Below, one piece after another: positions 36,152-44,999 of a stretch of 64,000 nt of DNA. The translations under genes were made by a program, and so were the position numbers. Origin of the DNA: a virus (Duplodnaviria; Caudoviricetes); the IMG/VR virus record IMGVR_UViG_3300048819_000116, positions 1,570 to 65,569 of that record. One strand, 5' to 3'. A model generated the notes under the pieces. It had not been told where the DNA came from. It searched no databases and saw only the letters and a list, made by a program, of their open reading frames with translations. Each line of letters opens with the position of its first letter. The first letter of the stretch is position 1.

Positions 36152-36456
36152 TTGATCCCTGAATTGAACGTGCAGGGCGCTACACCTGCGGGCTGTCACG
36201 TCTTGATTTCCAGCGCGTGCTGCTGCGTCTAGTTGGAGGGGCCACCGTAGCGGACACCCGTACAGACCGTTTTGGGACCGGTACCACGTTTGTACAGACG
36301 CCGCGCCCCGGTCCTAGGGCTGGCCTCCGCTGCGGGTACTTCCTTGCCAAGCGACATGGTAGCAACCAGAGCGCCCATGGGAGGGCCGCGCCCCACTCTG
36401 GCGCTGCGTCGTCTGGCAAGGATCGCTTACCCACCTACGTTCAATTCAGGGATCAA
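36152..36456 (-). ncRNA. putative structured ncRNA (~305 nt); alternatively a MITE
   Basis: 20-bp perfect terminal inverted repeat, several internal helices, upstream TTGACA-17-CACCTT promoter; no credible ORF. Confidence 0.5.
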
Positions 36457-36467
36457 AGAACGCCGGG

Positions 36468-36539
36468 AAGGTGCTCTGCCGGACTGCCGCTGTCAACGAA
36501 AGTTTCCGGCTTGACCAGCCTTCCCGCCCCTACCACGCT
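36468..36539. promoter_or_regulatory. back-to-back promoters
   Basis: Minus: TTGACA 36496-36491, 17 nt, CACCTT. Plus: TTGACC 36511-36516, 17 nt, CACGCT, then ATG 36548. Confidence 0.5.
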
Positions 36540-36547
36540 GCCGCCCG

Positions 36548-37693
36548 ATGCACGTTGTCACCCTCCCCGAAGAAATAGTCATCGACGCAGAGCAGACGAT
36601 CAAACCCGGCGAATACCTCTGCGAGGACATCACGGGGGCGCAGCTCATCAACCTATGCGGGGCGGGCAAAATGACGCCCCTCGTTGAGAGCCGCCCCTTC
36701 GACGACAATGCCGACTGGAACGGGAAGTCGGTCGTCATCGTGCGCGTAGGGGGCTTTGGCGACCTTACCAATCTCACCCCCGCCCTGCGCGAGATGAAGC
36801 GGCGCTGGCCGAGAATCGTCCTCACGGTGGCGACCATGCGCGACTACGGCGACGTGATGAAGGGACTCCCCTACGTGGACCACGTGGTGCGTTATCCGCT
36901 CACGAAGGCCGAGCACGCGAAGTACGACGCTTGGGTGTTCCTTGAGAACGCGATCGAGAACAACCCCCGCGCCGAGGACATCCCGATGGCCGACGTGTTC
37001 GCGGAAATGATCGGCATCGCCCACCCGAAGAAGGCGTGGCTCAAGGGGTCGAAGGACGACGTGAGCGAGTGGACGCCGAAGACCAGCGACCGAAAGCCCG
37101 AGTACCGCGTCAGCGACGACGAAGCCGCGTGGGCCAAGGTCCAGTACCCGCGCATCCCCAACGTGCGCCGCCTCTGCGTTCAGGTCGATGCCTCCATGTC
37201 GGGCCTCTGCCGCGTGTACCCCATGCAGCAGCTTGCGACCATCGTCGAGGCGTTCCAGAAGGAGACGGCGTGGGAGGTGTACCTGATCGGACGCAGGGAG
37301 AACCTTGAGCGCGTTCCCGACGGCCCGAACGTGCGCAACCTGTCCAGCCATGGGCTCTCCTTCCGAAAGACCGCCGCCGTGATCCAAGGCGCAAGCTGCT
37401 TCCTTGGCAGCGACTCGGCCTTCATCCACATCGCAGGCGCGCTGGACGTGCCCTCAGTGGGGCTCTTTGGCCCGTTCCCGTGGGCGCTGCGGACGGTCTA
37501 TTCGCCGTCGGTCTTCGGCATCCAGGGGCGCGGTAAATGCAGCCCATGCTTCTTCCACGAGAAGGGCGGGAGCGCCGTGCGCGCCAAGTTCCCCAAGGAC
37601 TGCCCGTCAAGGGAGCAGGGCCTCTGCGAGGTTCTGGCTGGCATCAAGCCCGAGACCGTGATCGCCAAGGTCAAGAAGATGGCGAGGGAGTAG
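36548..37693 (+). CDS. GT9-family (heptosyltransferase-like, GT-B) glycosyltransferase
   Basis: IVRVGGFGDL...ALREMKRRWP; LSFRKTAAVI..ASCFLGSDSAFIHIAGALDVPSVGLFGP. Confidence 0.9.
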   Translation: MHVVTLPEEIVIDAEQTIKPGEYLCEDITGAQLINLCGAGKMTPLVESRPFDDNADWNGKSVVIVRVGGFGDLTNLTPALREMKRRWPRIVLTVATMRDYGDVMKGLPYVDHVVRYPLTKAEHAKYDAWVFLENAIENNPRAEDIPMADVFAEMIGIAHPKKAWLKGSKDDVSEWTPKTSDRKPEYRVSDDEAAWAKVQYPRIPNVRRLCVQVDASMSGLCRVYPMQQLATIVEAFQKETAWEVYLIGRRENLERVPDGPNVRNLSSHGLSFRKTAAVIQGASCFLGSDSAFIHIAGALDVPSVGLFGPFPWALRTVYSPSVFGIQGRGKCSPCFFHEKGGSAVRAKFPKDCPSREQGLCEVLAGIKPETVIAKVKKMARE

Positions 37694-37696
37694 GCT

Positions 37697-38020
37697 GTGA
37701 GCGACCAAGTATTCCAGCCGGGCGACAAGGTGATGCGGGTGAGCGGAAATCGCCCTGATGGGGTTGTGATGAAGTATGAGCGTACATGCCCGCAATACGG
37801 GCAGGTTTACTGCGTCGAGGATTTCTGGCGCGGCCCTCGGTTTAATGTCGTCATGCTGGTTGGGTTCGGCGGCTGGAGATATGACAGCCATGGGCGCAAA
37901 GTCGGATGGGTGGCGTCGGCTTTCCGCAAGGTCGAGGAGATCAAGCTCTGCGTCGAGGCCGTCCGCAAGGTGCCGAAGCCGCTGGAGGAGGTTCCCGCCG
38001 ATGACCCAACAGGACGCTGA
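37697..38020 (+). CDS. SH3-like hypothetical protein
   Basis: FQPGDKVMRV...GQVYCV. Confidence 0.5.
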   Translation: MSDQVFQPGDKVMRVSGNRPDGVVMKYERTCPQYGQVYCVEDFWRGPRFNVVMLVGFGGWRYDSHGRKVGWVASAFRKVEEIKLCVEAVRKVPKPLEEVPADDPTGR

Positions 38021-38354
38021 CAACCTGCGGGCGCAGGAGATTTCGGCCCGCCGCGACCTTGAGGACATCCGCACGCTCCAGCGGACGGAAGCCTTCGACC
38101 GCTACTTCATGCGCCGCGTGAGAGACAAGTTCGCGCAGGCGGTCGAGGCGTACAACACCCGCCCCTCCAGCCTGATCTACCATGCGCCGGACACGAAGGA
38201 GAAGCCCTGCACGCCGGAGGAGCGCGAAATCCTGCGCGCGCAATGCGTGGTCCTGCGCGAACTGATCGACCTCGTTGACGAAGGCGAGAAGCAGATCCTT
38301 GGCGAACTCTCCCGTCTGTCGGGGACTCAATTCTCCCCGTCCGGCCCCTCGTAG
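38001..38354 (+). CDS. helical hypothetical protein
   Basis: ATG 38001; 3' part of track ORF 37776..38354. Confidence 0.55.
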   Translation: MTQQDADNLRAQEISARRDLEDIRTLQRTEAFDRYFMRRVRDKFAQAVEAYNTRPSSLIYHAPDTKEKPCTPEEREILRAQCVVLRELIDLVDEGEKQILGELSRLSGTQFSPSGPS

Positions 38355-39100
38355 TCCTCGTTCGAGACGCCCATCGTCCCCTTGGAGGCACCCGGCCCCA
38401 TGGACGCCTTGAGTCCAGTCACGCTCCCGGCAGGCGTCTGCCTCCCCTGAAAGAGCTTGGAGACAAAGCTGCGGTAGAGGCTGGCGCTGGTGGGGTTCGT
38501 GAAGCTCCTCTGGTACGCCCCGTCCCCCGCCGTGAGGCTGTCCCCCTGCGGGGTGTCGGCAGCGGTCGTGTCCGGCGCCGGACTCGCCTCGTTCCTAGGC
38601 TCCATGTCCTGCCCCTGCGGGACGGCGTTCCCCTTGGAACTGAATCCCATGGCCTTCCCCGGGTCCAAGGTCGGCTTCTCAACCGGGACAGAGGTTCCCG
38701 CCACCTGTGGAGCGCCGCCGCCGTTCGTCAGGGGATTCGCCCGCTCGGTCTGGTCCGGCCGGTTGGCCGGCGACGCCGATTGGAGGGTCGAAAGCTGCTG
38801 CGGCGACAGCCCGAAGCCGGTCGCCTGCGGTCCCTTGTAGCCCGCGTCGGGGGCGACGTACTTCAAGACCGCCCCCTTGTTGCCAGCCTGGATAATGCCG
38901 CCCGAACTCGGGGTGGCCTTGTACGCCGAGCGAAGGGGGGATGCCCCGCCCACGGCCTGCGGGGAGGGGTTTGCCGCGGTGCCAACCGGCCCGGGACCGC
39001 CGGGCATGCCGGAGAGCGTCACCTGCGGCTGCGAGGGCGTCCCAAGCCTGCGGGAGATCATGCTCCCGTCCCTGCGCATCGTCTGGGGGAATAGTGGCAT
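38327..39100 (-). CDS. low-complexity P/G/S/A-rich protein
   Basis: Last gene of the inverted block; 1 nt from the upstream stop. Confidence 0.55.
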   Translation of the reverse strand: MPLFPQTMRRDGSMISRRLGTPSQPQVTLSGMPGGPGPVGTAANPSPQAVGGASPLRSAYKATPSSGGIIQAGNKGAVLKYVAPDAGYKGPQATGFGLSPQQLSTLQSASPANRPDQTERANPLTNGGGAPQVAGTSVPVEKPTLDPGKAMGFSSKGNAVPQGQDMEPRNEASPAPDTTAADTPQGDSLTAGDGAYQRSFTNPTSASLYRSFVSKLFQGRQTPAGSVTGLKASMGPGASKGTMGVSNEDYEGPDGEN

Positions 39101-39101
39101 C

Positions 39102-40142
39102 TCAGGTTTCGACCCAAGGGGTCTTTTGCGTTCTTAGGTGTCCTATACACTCCCCTTGGGTCTCGTGTCCAGATGCTATTAGCGTGAACTCCGTCTCGCT
39201 GCCCCCCTTCTTCTTGGCCCAGATGACGTGATCGCAGGGGCAATGGGGGATGACGTTGATGCGCAGCCCGGCGGGCCACCAGCGCCTCCAGACGACGAAC
39301 AGGTCCTCCGTGCCGTTCCCGTCGTAGCCCTCGAAGTTGGCCAAGGCCAGAGCGTCCCGGCCCATGAGGGTGCAGCCGAAGCCGCACCAGTCCGACGGGA
39401 CGACCGAGCCCTTGCCGATCGCCGGGTACGCCTGATCCAGCCAGCCGCGCCGCCTCCAGCCGTGCTTGCCCATCACCTGAAAGACGTTCCCGTCCGGCGG
39501 GCACTTCCTCATCGCCTCGTCGTACTTCTTCCTGCGCTCGACGAACTCCGGCGGCAGCGCCGTGACCTTCTCGTCGTTGAACCGCTTGATCTCGACCTCG
39601 AGCGCCGCCTTCTCGGCCTTGAGCTCGTCCGTCAGCAGCCGCTCAGTCTCAAGGAAGTCCTCCGCGATGGGGTTCTGCGGGGTGCCGCGCCCCCCAAGGA
39701 ACGCCTCGTTGGGGTAGGGGCAGGTGGAGACGGCGTAGTAGCCCGCGTCGAAGCGAAGCATGTCCAGCATGCAGCGAAGCGCATTCGCCGGGGGCAGCGT
39801 GTCGCTGTCGAGGCTCCAGCAATGGTCGGCGCCCACCCTGCGGGCCTCCGAGAACGCCGCGCCCCGAAGCCTCGCTATAAGCATCTGCGCGCCCGCCTTA
39901 TAGTTCACGTCGTCCTTGTTCTCCTCCGCGACGTCGAGGTGGATGACCGCCCAGTGGTCGGGCAGCGCGTCCTTCCACGCCTTGACCGCATCCTTCACCT
40001 GCCTGCTGTTGTCGCCCGCGATGATGGCCGTCCCGCTGCCACTGTACCCCGCCGCGCTGAGGTTGGCCGCCACGCGCCGACCGAGAGTCTTCATCGCGTA
40101 GCAGTAGTTGGCGGTCGCGGCTACGGTTATGGCGAGCTTCAT
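39102..40142 (-). CDS. GT-A-like glycosyltransferase
   Basis: LAITVAAT, IIAGDNS, CWSLDSD (DxD), WCGFGCTLM, GTEDLF, CDH. Confidence 0.7.
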   Translation of the reverse strand: MKLAITVAATANYCYAMKTLGRRVAANLSAAGYSGSGTAIIAGDNSRQVKDAVKAWKDALPDHWAVIHLDVAEENKDDVNYKAGAQMLIARLRGAAFSEARRVGADHCWSLDSDTLPPANALRCMLDMLRFDAGYYAVSTCPYPNEAFLGGRGTPQNPIAEDFLETERLLTDELKAEKAALEVEIKRFNDEKVTALPPEFVERRKKYDEAMRKCPPDGNVFQVMGKHGWRRRGWLDQAYPAIGKGSVVPSDWCGFGCTLMGRDALALANFEGYDGNGTEDLFVVWRRWWPAGLRINVIPHCPCDHVIWAKKKGGSETEFTLIASGHETQGECIGHLRTQKTPWVET

Positions 40143-42121
40143 GTGGTCACGGGGAAGGCTGGGAAGGCGACGAAGGGATTGGGCTCCTGGGAACTGCTGG
40201 CCGAATACACCGCCGGAACCGTCTCTGCCGCCGCCCCTTGGCCCGAGGCCATAGAATAGGTCGAGTGGCCGGTGTCAAAGGTGGATTCGGTCGTCCCGGT
40301 GTTGGAGAAGCTGTCGCAGGTCGTTACCCGAAGGATGCCCACCGTCAGCGTGCCCTTGGTTGAGGTCGTCGATACCCAGTCGAAGCCCCCAAAGGCGGTC
40401 GTCGTAAGCTGGTTCACGTCCGTCGTCGGCACCGTGCCGGTCAGGATGTACGTCTCCGTCCCGGTCGGCACGGCCAAGGACACGGACGGCCAGCCGGAGC
40501 CGGTGGCCTCTATCGACGACGGGCCGCTGATGTTCGTCCCCACCGAGTTGTCTGCCCCGAAGCTGGAGGGCGTCGGCTGCCAGCCGGGCGGGATCGTCGA
40601 ATCCGTGACGGAGAGCATGGATTCAAAGGTGATCGTCGCCCCGCCGGGATCGACTGCGCTGGTGAAGGTCTGCGCGGCCTGTGCGCCGCTGGCGTAGGTC
40701 GAGGCCGAGGCGTTGGTCTGGCCGATAATGTCCACGCCGGAGGCAATCTGCGTCGTTGAGTTCGTCACGGTCACGGTCGAGGTTCCATTGATAAGCTGTA
40801 CCGTCTGGAAGGACGAGTAATCGCCATCGCCTATGAATATCGTCTCCGCCCCCTGCGGGTTGGCCCCGTTGGCCGACGGCTGCGTGTAGGTGACGAGCGT
40901 CGTCAGCGTGCCGCCCGCGCCAGTCGTCACAAACGTCCCGTCGGTCTGCGTGAAGACCGCCGTGACGCTCGTGCCGACATTGTAGGCGAAGGAGCTGGAG
41001 ACCGTCTGCTGGCTGCAATAGGTGAGCGTCGTTCCCTGCGTAGTCAGATACGTGATCGTCTCGGAGACGGTGCTTGTGAGGGGCAGCGCAGCGGCCACCG
41101 TCGTCCCGGTCGTGCTCCCGAAGGTGGTGGTCGTCGTCGTCGGGACCGCGCCCACGGCGTAGGTGGAACTCGTGCTGGCGCTGGTCGTGTAGGTGGTGGT
41201 CGTCGATTGGTAGCTTGAGGCCGACGTGTAGGTCACGGTCGCCAAGGTCGCCGTCGGGTTGTAGCTGCCGACAGGCACGGTCACGCTCCCGAAGGTGAAG
41301 CTGATGGTGGTCTGCGTGAACGAGGCCGCAACCGCCGTCGGGTCGCCGGGTCCTGCCGCCGTCAGCGACCACAGCCAGTCGGTCGATGCCGCGAGGACAA
41401 CGGTGTCGTAGAGGACGAACTGGTTCGCCGCCGAGGATGTGTTGTTGACCGTGGTCGTGAAGTTGGCGGTCGAGGTGACGGATACCGTGGCTGAATAGGT
41501 GCTGGATGAAAGGACGGTCGTCAGCGCCGAATAGGTGGTAGAGGTGGGCGTCCCTGTCGTCGTCTCCGTGAAGCTGGTTGTGGAGGTGTTGGGATAGGTC
41601 GCCCCCAAGGTCGAGGTCGCCGTCGTCACAACCGGGGTGTTCGTGGTTGAGGTCTGAGTGGAATAGACGTAGCTCTGCGTGAACGTCGGGGCCGAGACGG
41701 TGACGAGCGTCGTGTGCGTGGAGGTCCCCGTGACGGACGTCGTGGCGTTCGTCAGTCCGGCCGAGTTGGTGAGGTTCGAGATCGTGAGGGCGCTGAACTG
41801 GGAATGGCTGTGCGTGGACGTGCTGCTGTTGACCGGCCCGAAGGACGTCGAGTTGCTGCCGACGACAGTCCCGCTCTCGATGTGGACGAAGGTCACGTTC
41901 TGGTACACCACGAAGTCCTGAACGGAGGACCACTCCTGCGTCGCGCCTGCCTCGCTGGAGGTGGCCGACATGAAGCTCGAAGCCGTGGACTGCGACGCGC
42001 CGACAGGGGTCTCCGTGAAGACGGTCGTTGAGCCGTTGACGGTCGCGCTAGACGTCTCGGTTGACGAATAGCTGGACGTCCCGGCCAAGACCGCCGCCCG
42101 CGTTGTCTCCCATGTCCACAT
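40139..42121 (-). CDS. extremely Ser/Thr-rich 660-aa putative structural protein
   Basis: 27 of the first 60 residues are S/T; almost no Lys/Arg; coupled to the GT by an ATGA overlap. Confidence 0.7.
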   Translation of the reverse strand: MWTWETTRAAVLAGTSSYSSTETSSATVNGSTTVFTETPVGASQSTASSFMSATSSEAGATQEWSSVQDFVVYQNVTFVHIESGTVVGSNSTSFGPVNSSTSTHSHSQFSALTISNLTNSAGLTNATTSVTGTSTHTTLVTVSAPTFTQSYVYSTQTSTTNTPVVTTATSTLGATYPNTSTTSFTETTTGTPTSTTYSALTTVLSSSTYSATVSVTSTANFTTTVNNTSSAANQFVLYDTVVLAASTDWLWSLTAAGPGDPTAVAASFTQTTISFTFGSVTVPVGSYNPTATLATVTYTSASSYQSTTTTYTTSASTSSTYAVGAVPTTTTTTFGSTTGTTVAAALPLTSTVSETITYLTTQGTTLTYCSQQTVSSSFAYNVGTSVTAVFTQTDGTFVTTGAGGTLTTLVTYTQPSANGANPQGAETIFIGDGDYSSFQTVQLINGTSTVTVTNSTTQIASGVDIIGQTNASASTYASGAQAAQTFTSAVDPGGATITFESMLSVTDSTIPPGWQPTPSSFGADNSVGTNISGPSSIEATGSGWPSVSLAVPTGTETYILTGTVPTTDVNQLTTTAFGGFDWVSTTSTKGTLTVGILRVTTCDSFSNTGTTESTFDTGHSTYSMASGQGAAAETVPAVYSASSSQEPNPFVAFPAFPVTT

Positions 42122-42125
42122 GGCG

Positions 42126-42722
42126 CTAGACCTGCTCGATCAGCCAGGTGTACCAGTTGTCGAACGGCAGCGTGCCCGGCGACGGGGAAGCCTTGTTCGT
42201 CTGGTACTGCAAGGCCCCGATGGCGAACAGGCTCCCGGGGGCGATGCAGCGGAACCAAGTGCCCCCTCCCGCGCCGTTCGTTATGAGGATGCCGAGGAGG
42301 AAGCTGAACGACGTAGGCGGCTGGCCCATGTTGACCGGGATGGCCGCGGGCGCGCTCCCGGCGAAGTTGAGGGCCGCGCTCGCTATCTGGCCGGACGACG
42401 CCGTGCAGTCCAACTGGAGGTAATAGGTGGTGGACGGCGTGAGCGTGAAGGTGCTGGCGTAATTGGAGGGCAGGAGCCCGCTCATGGTGCCCGGCTGCAC
42501 CGTGAAGCTGGACGTGCCGGCCGAGATGACGTCGAAGGGATAGACCGCCGTCCCCCCGCCACCACCCCCGGAGACGGGGCTTAGTATCTGGTCAATCTGG
42601 CGGTCGAACTGCGTCGGCAGGCGGTCGGGCGGATAGACGAGGCGGTTGACTGTGAAGTCGTCGGCCATGGCCGCGAAATCGGCCTCGATGTCCCTCCTCG
42701 ACCTTTCAAGCGGCGATTCCAT
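42126..42722 (-). CDS. putative virion structural protein
   Basis: Gly linker then beta-rich domain (VYPFDVI...TYYLQLD). Confidence 0.55.
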   Translation of the reverse strand: MESPLERSRRDIEADFAAMADDFTVNRLVYPPDRLPTQFDRQIDQILSPVSGGGGGGTAVYPFDVISAGTSSFTVQPGTMSGLLPSNYASTFTLTPSTTYYLQLDCTASSGQIASAALNFAGSAPAAIPVNMGQPPTSFSFLLGILITNGAGGGTWFRCIAPGSLFAIGALQYQTNKASPSPGTLPFDNWYTWLIEQV

Positions 42723-44896
42723 TAGAAGCTGTAGGTGGTCACGATCGACTCATAGACGATGGTGCCTGCGGTGCTGACGAGATAGACGCGGTTCTCGACG
42801 TCGATCGGGGTCGGGCCCGAGGGCGGGGACGACGGCGTGCTCCCGGCAATCGTGTAGCTGTAGGCGCTGACCGGGATGTTGTTGAAGGTGGCGCTGCCCC
42901 CGCTGCCGCCGGTCGCGCCCGAGAGGTAGCCCGTGCATCCCTGCTGGCCGCCGACGCCCACGGAACTGCCGACGGGCGTGTAGCCGTAATTGATGGCCGC
43001 CCACGCCTTGATGGTGAAGGGCGTTGTCGAGACCTGCGTCGTTGGGTACGTGTAGGTCTGCGTCGCCAGGATGTCCATGTTGACCGGGGGGACGAAGACC
43101 CAGCCGGGGTTCGGGGACGTGAGTTCAATCTGACCCGGCATCGAAAACTTGATGCGGCGAAGAAGGGCGATCCCGGTCGGCGGCTTCTTGTAGGTCGCCC
43201 GGTTGACGACGTAGCCCGGCCCTTGCGTCTGCTGGAGGTCGATCAGATAGGCCGTGCCGCTGCCGGGATAGGCGGGCGTGGAGGCCGCCGCCGTGTTGGT
43301 CGTCACCTCGTAGAGGAGCGCGCCGTCGGATTCCCCGCGCGTCGTGATGTTCGTCTGGCCGTTGCCCTCAGCCCAGCGGTAGTCGTAAACGAGCCAGCCA
43401 TTCTCGTTCCTCACCTCGCTCTCCACCAAGACGACGGTGCCCCCGATGGTGGCCGACGGCGTGGAGGGCGCCGTGCCGAGGCCGACGATCCGGTAGCGGA
43501 CGAGTGCGCCCGTCTCAACGGTGTCCACCTCGGAGAAGACTGTGCCCGCGCCCTTCACCCAGACGGTCTTCCAAAAACCGTATCCTTCCGCGTCCTCGTA
43601 GCTCTTGCTTACCAGCACGGTGCCCGAAGGCCCGGATGTCGGCTGGATGGTGGCCCCGGCGGAGACGATGTAGCGGTAGGTCGTCCTCGTGACGCCGTTC
43701 GTCCCGGTATCGACCGATTGCAGGTACTCGGTATCGACGGAAATCTGAGCGCCGGTTGATCCGCCAGCGGACTCAGCCCACTTGTACGTGTAGATGACGG
43801 TGCCGTCCTCGAAGCGCGTGCCGTTGCGGACGTCGGTCGAGATGAGCGCAAGCGTGCCGCCGATGGCCGGGGACGGCGCGGACGGCGCGGAGTTGATCGC
43901 CGTGATGGTCGTTATCTGGAGCTTGTCGTTCAGGCGAATCTCGACCTCGGTGGCGATGGTGCCTTGGCCAAAACTATAGATGCCCGACCAAAGTCGGTAT
44001 CCGTCCTGCTCCTCGTAGGAGATGCTGATCTCCTCGTAGCCTCCGGGCGTCGATATGGGGTTCGACGATCCGGGCGCGGCGATGTAGCGTATCGTCTGAA
44101 CGGTTACGCCGGTCGTGCCTTGGTCCGGGGACAGCCGGTACTCCGTTTGCAGCGAGATTTGGCCGAGGCCCTTGGCAAAAGTATATTGGTAAAGAGCGTT
44201 CCCGTTCGGGTGATCGACCTTCGCATCAATCAGAACAGCGCCGCTTGGTGTCGGCGGGACTTCGTTCACATAGACGAGCGTCGTAAGGACCAGCGCGCCG
44301 TTGAACTTGTCGGTGATCGTTTGTGAAATCTCCCCCTTGGAAATATAGTGCCGCTCGATCCGTTGGAGGGTTCCGTCGTCGGTTCGTATCTCCTCCTTGA
44401 GGACGCAAGTCGCGCCCGGCTCGGAAGTGATGGATGACGTGCCCGGCGTCAGGAAGGTCGGGGTGATCCCGCTGACCGATACGGAGAACTGGAGGAAGTG
44501 CTGGGTTACTTCTACAAGGCCGTCTTGGTCGATGGTCGTGTCGTCGTCGCCGACTTTGGTTTCTCCGGTCGCGCTTATCTGCTCGTAAACCCTCGTGAGC
44601 GTCGGGAAGATCGTGTTTGGATTATCGCCGGGGCCGTTCAACTCAAACTGCCCCTCGATGGTCTGCTTTATCAGCAGGCAGTTCGAATACGAGGAACCCT
44701 CAGAGGGTGGCACTGAGTCCGCGCTGCCCCACGGCAAAGTGTACGCGCTGACGCCCGGTTGTGTCGTTCCTGCCGTCTGGAATTTCGGCACCTCCCCGAG
44801 GATGTCGTAAACGCGAGTGATTCGCTGGCGCAGGTCGGGCAGCGTCTCGACTTTGGGCGCACGATTACGCAAATCCGGGGCCTTGTAGTTTGCCAC
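42722..44896 (-). CDS. beta-rich virion-like protein with internal ~60-70-aa repeats
   Basis: Recurring [YW]xx(K/E)GxGxI...G.L/V units; start moved to GTG 44896 because the rest of the track ORF is antisense to the scaffold gene. Confidence 0.65.
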   Translation of the reverse strand: MANYKAPDLRNRAPKVETLPDLRQRITRVYDILGEVPKFQTAGTTQPGVSAYTLPWGSADSVPPSEGSSYSNCLLIKQTIEGQFELNGPGDNPNTIFPTLTRVYEQISATGETKVGDDDTTIDQDGLVEVTQHFLQFSVSVSGITPTFLTPGTSSITSEPGATCVLKEEIRTDDGTLQRIERHYISKGEISQTITDKFNGALVLTTLVYVNEVPPTPSGAVLIDAKVDHPNGNALYQYTFAKGLGQISLQTEYRLSPDQGTTGVTVQTIRYIAAPGSSNPISTPGGYEEISISYEEQDGYRLWSGIYSFGQGTIATEVEIRLNDKLQITTITAINSAPSAPSPAIGGTLALISTDVRNGTRFEDGTVIYTYKWAESAGGSTGAQISVDTEYLQSVDTGTNGVTRTTYRYIVSAGATIQPTSGPSGTVLVSKSYEDAEGYGFWKTVWVKGAGTVFSEVDTVETGALVRYRIVGLGTAPSTPSATIGGTVVLVESEVRNENGWLVYDYRWAEGNGQTNITTRGESDGALLYEVTTNTAAASTPAYPGSGTAYLIDLQQTQGPGYVVNRATYKKPPTGIALLRRIKFSMPGQIELTSPNPGWVFVPPVNMDILATQTYTYPTTQVSTTPFTIKAWAAINYGYTPVGSSVGVGGQQGCTGYLSGATGGSGGSATFNNIPVSAYSYTIAGSTPSSPPSGPTPIDVENRVYLVSTAGTIVYESIVTTYSF

Positions 44897-44944
44897 GCCC
44901 CCGCCATGCCACGAACGGCCCGTTATTACAAGTTCCCAACGGCT

Positions 44945-44995
44945 CCTAATGGTTAATAGGTATTGACAACAAAAATTAACCGTTAATAACGGCCC
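44945..44995. promoter_or_regulatory. AT-rich divergent control region
   Basis: TTGACA 44963-44968; inverted repeats GGTTAAT/ATTAACC and TTAAC-C-GTTAA. Confidence 0.5.
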
Positions 44996-44999
44996 CCAT

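Noticed and set aside
38327-44995. Invertible (shufflon-like) segment
   Set aside because: No recombinase gene or inverted recombination sites were found at the block ends.
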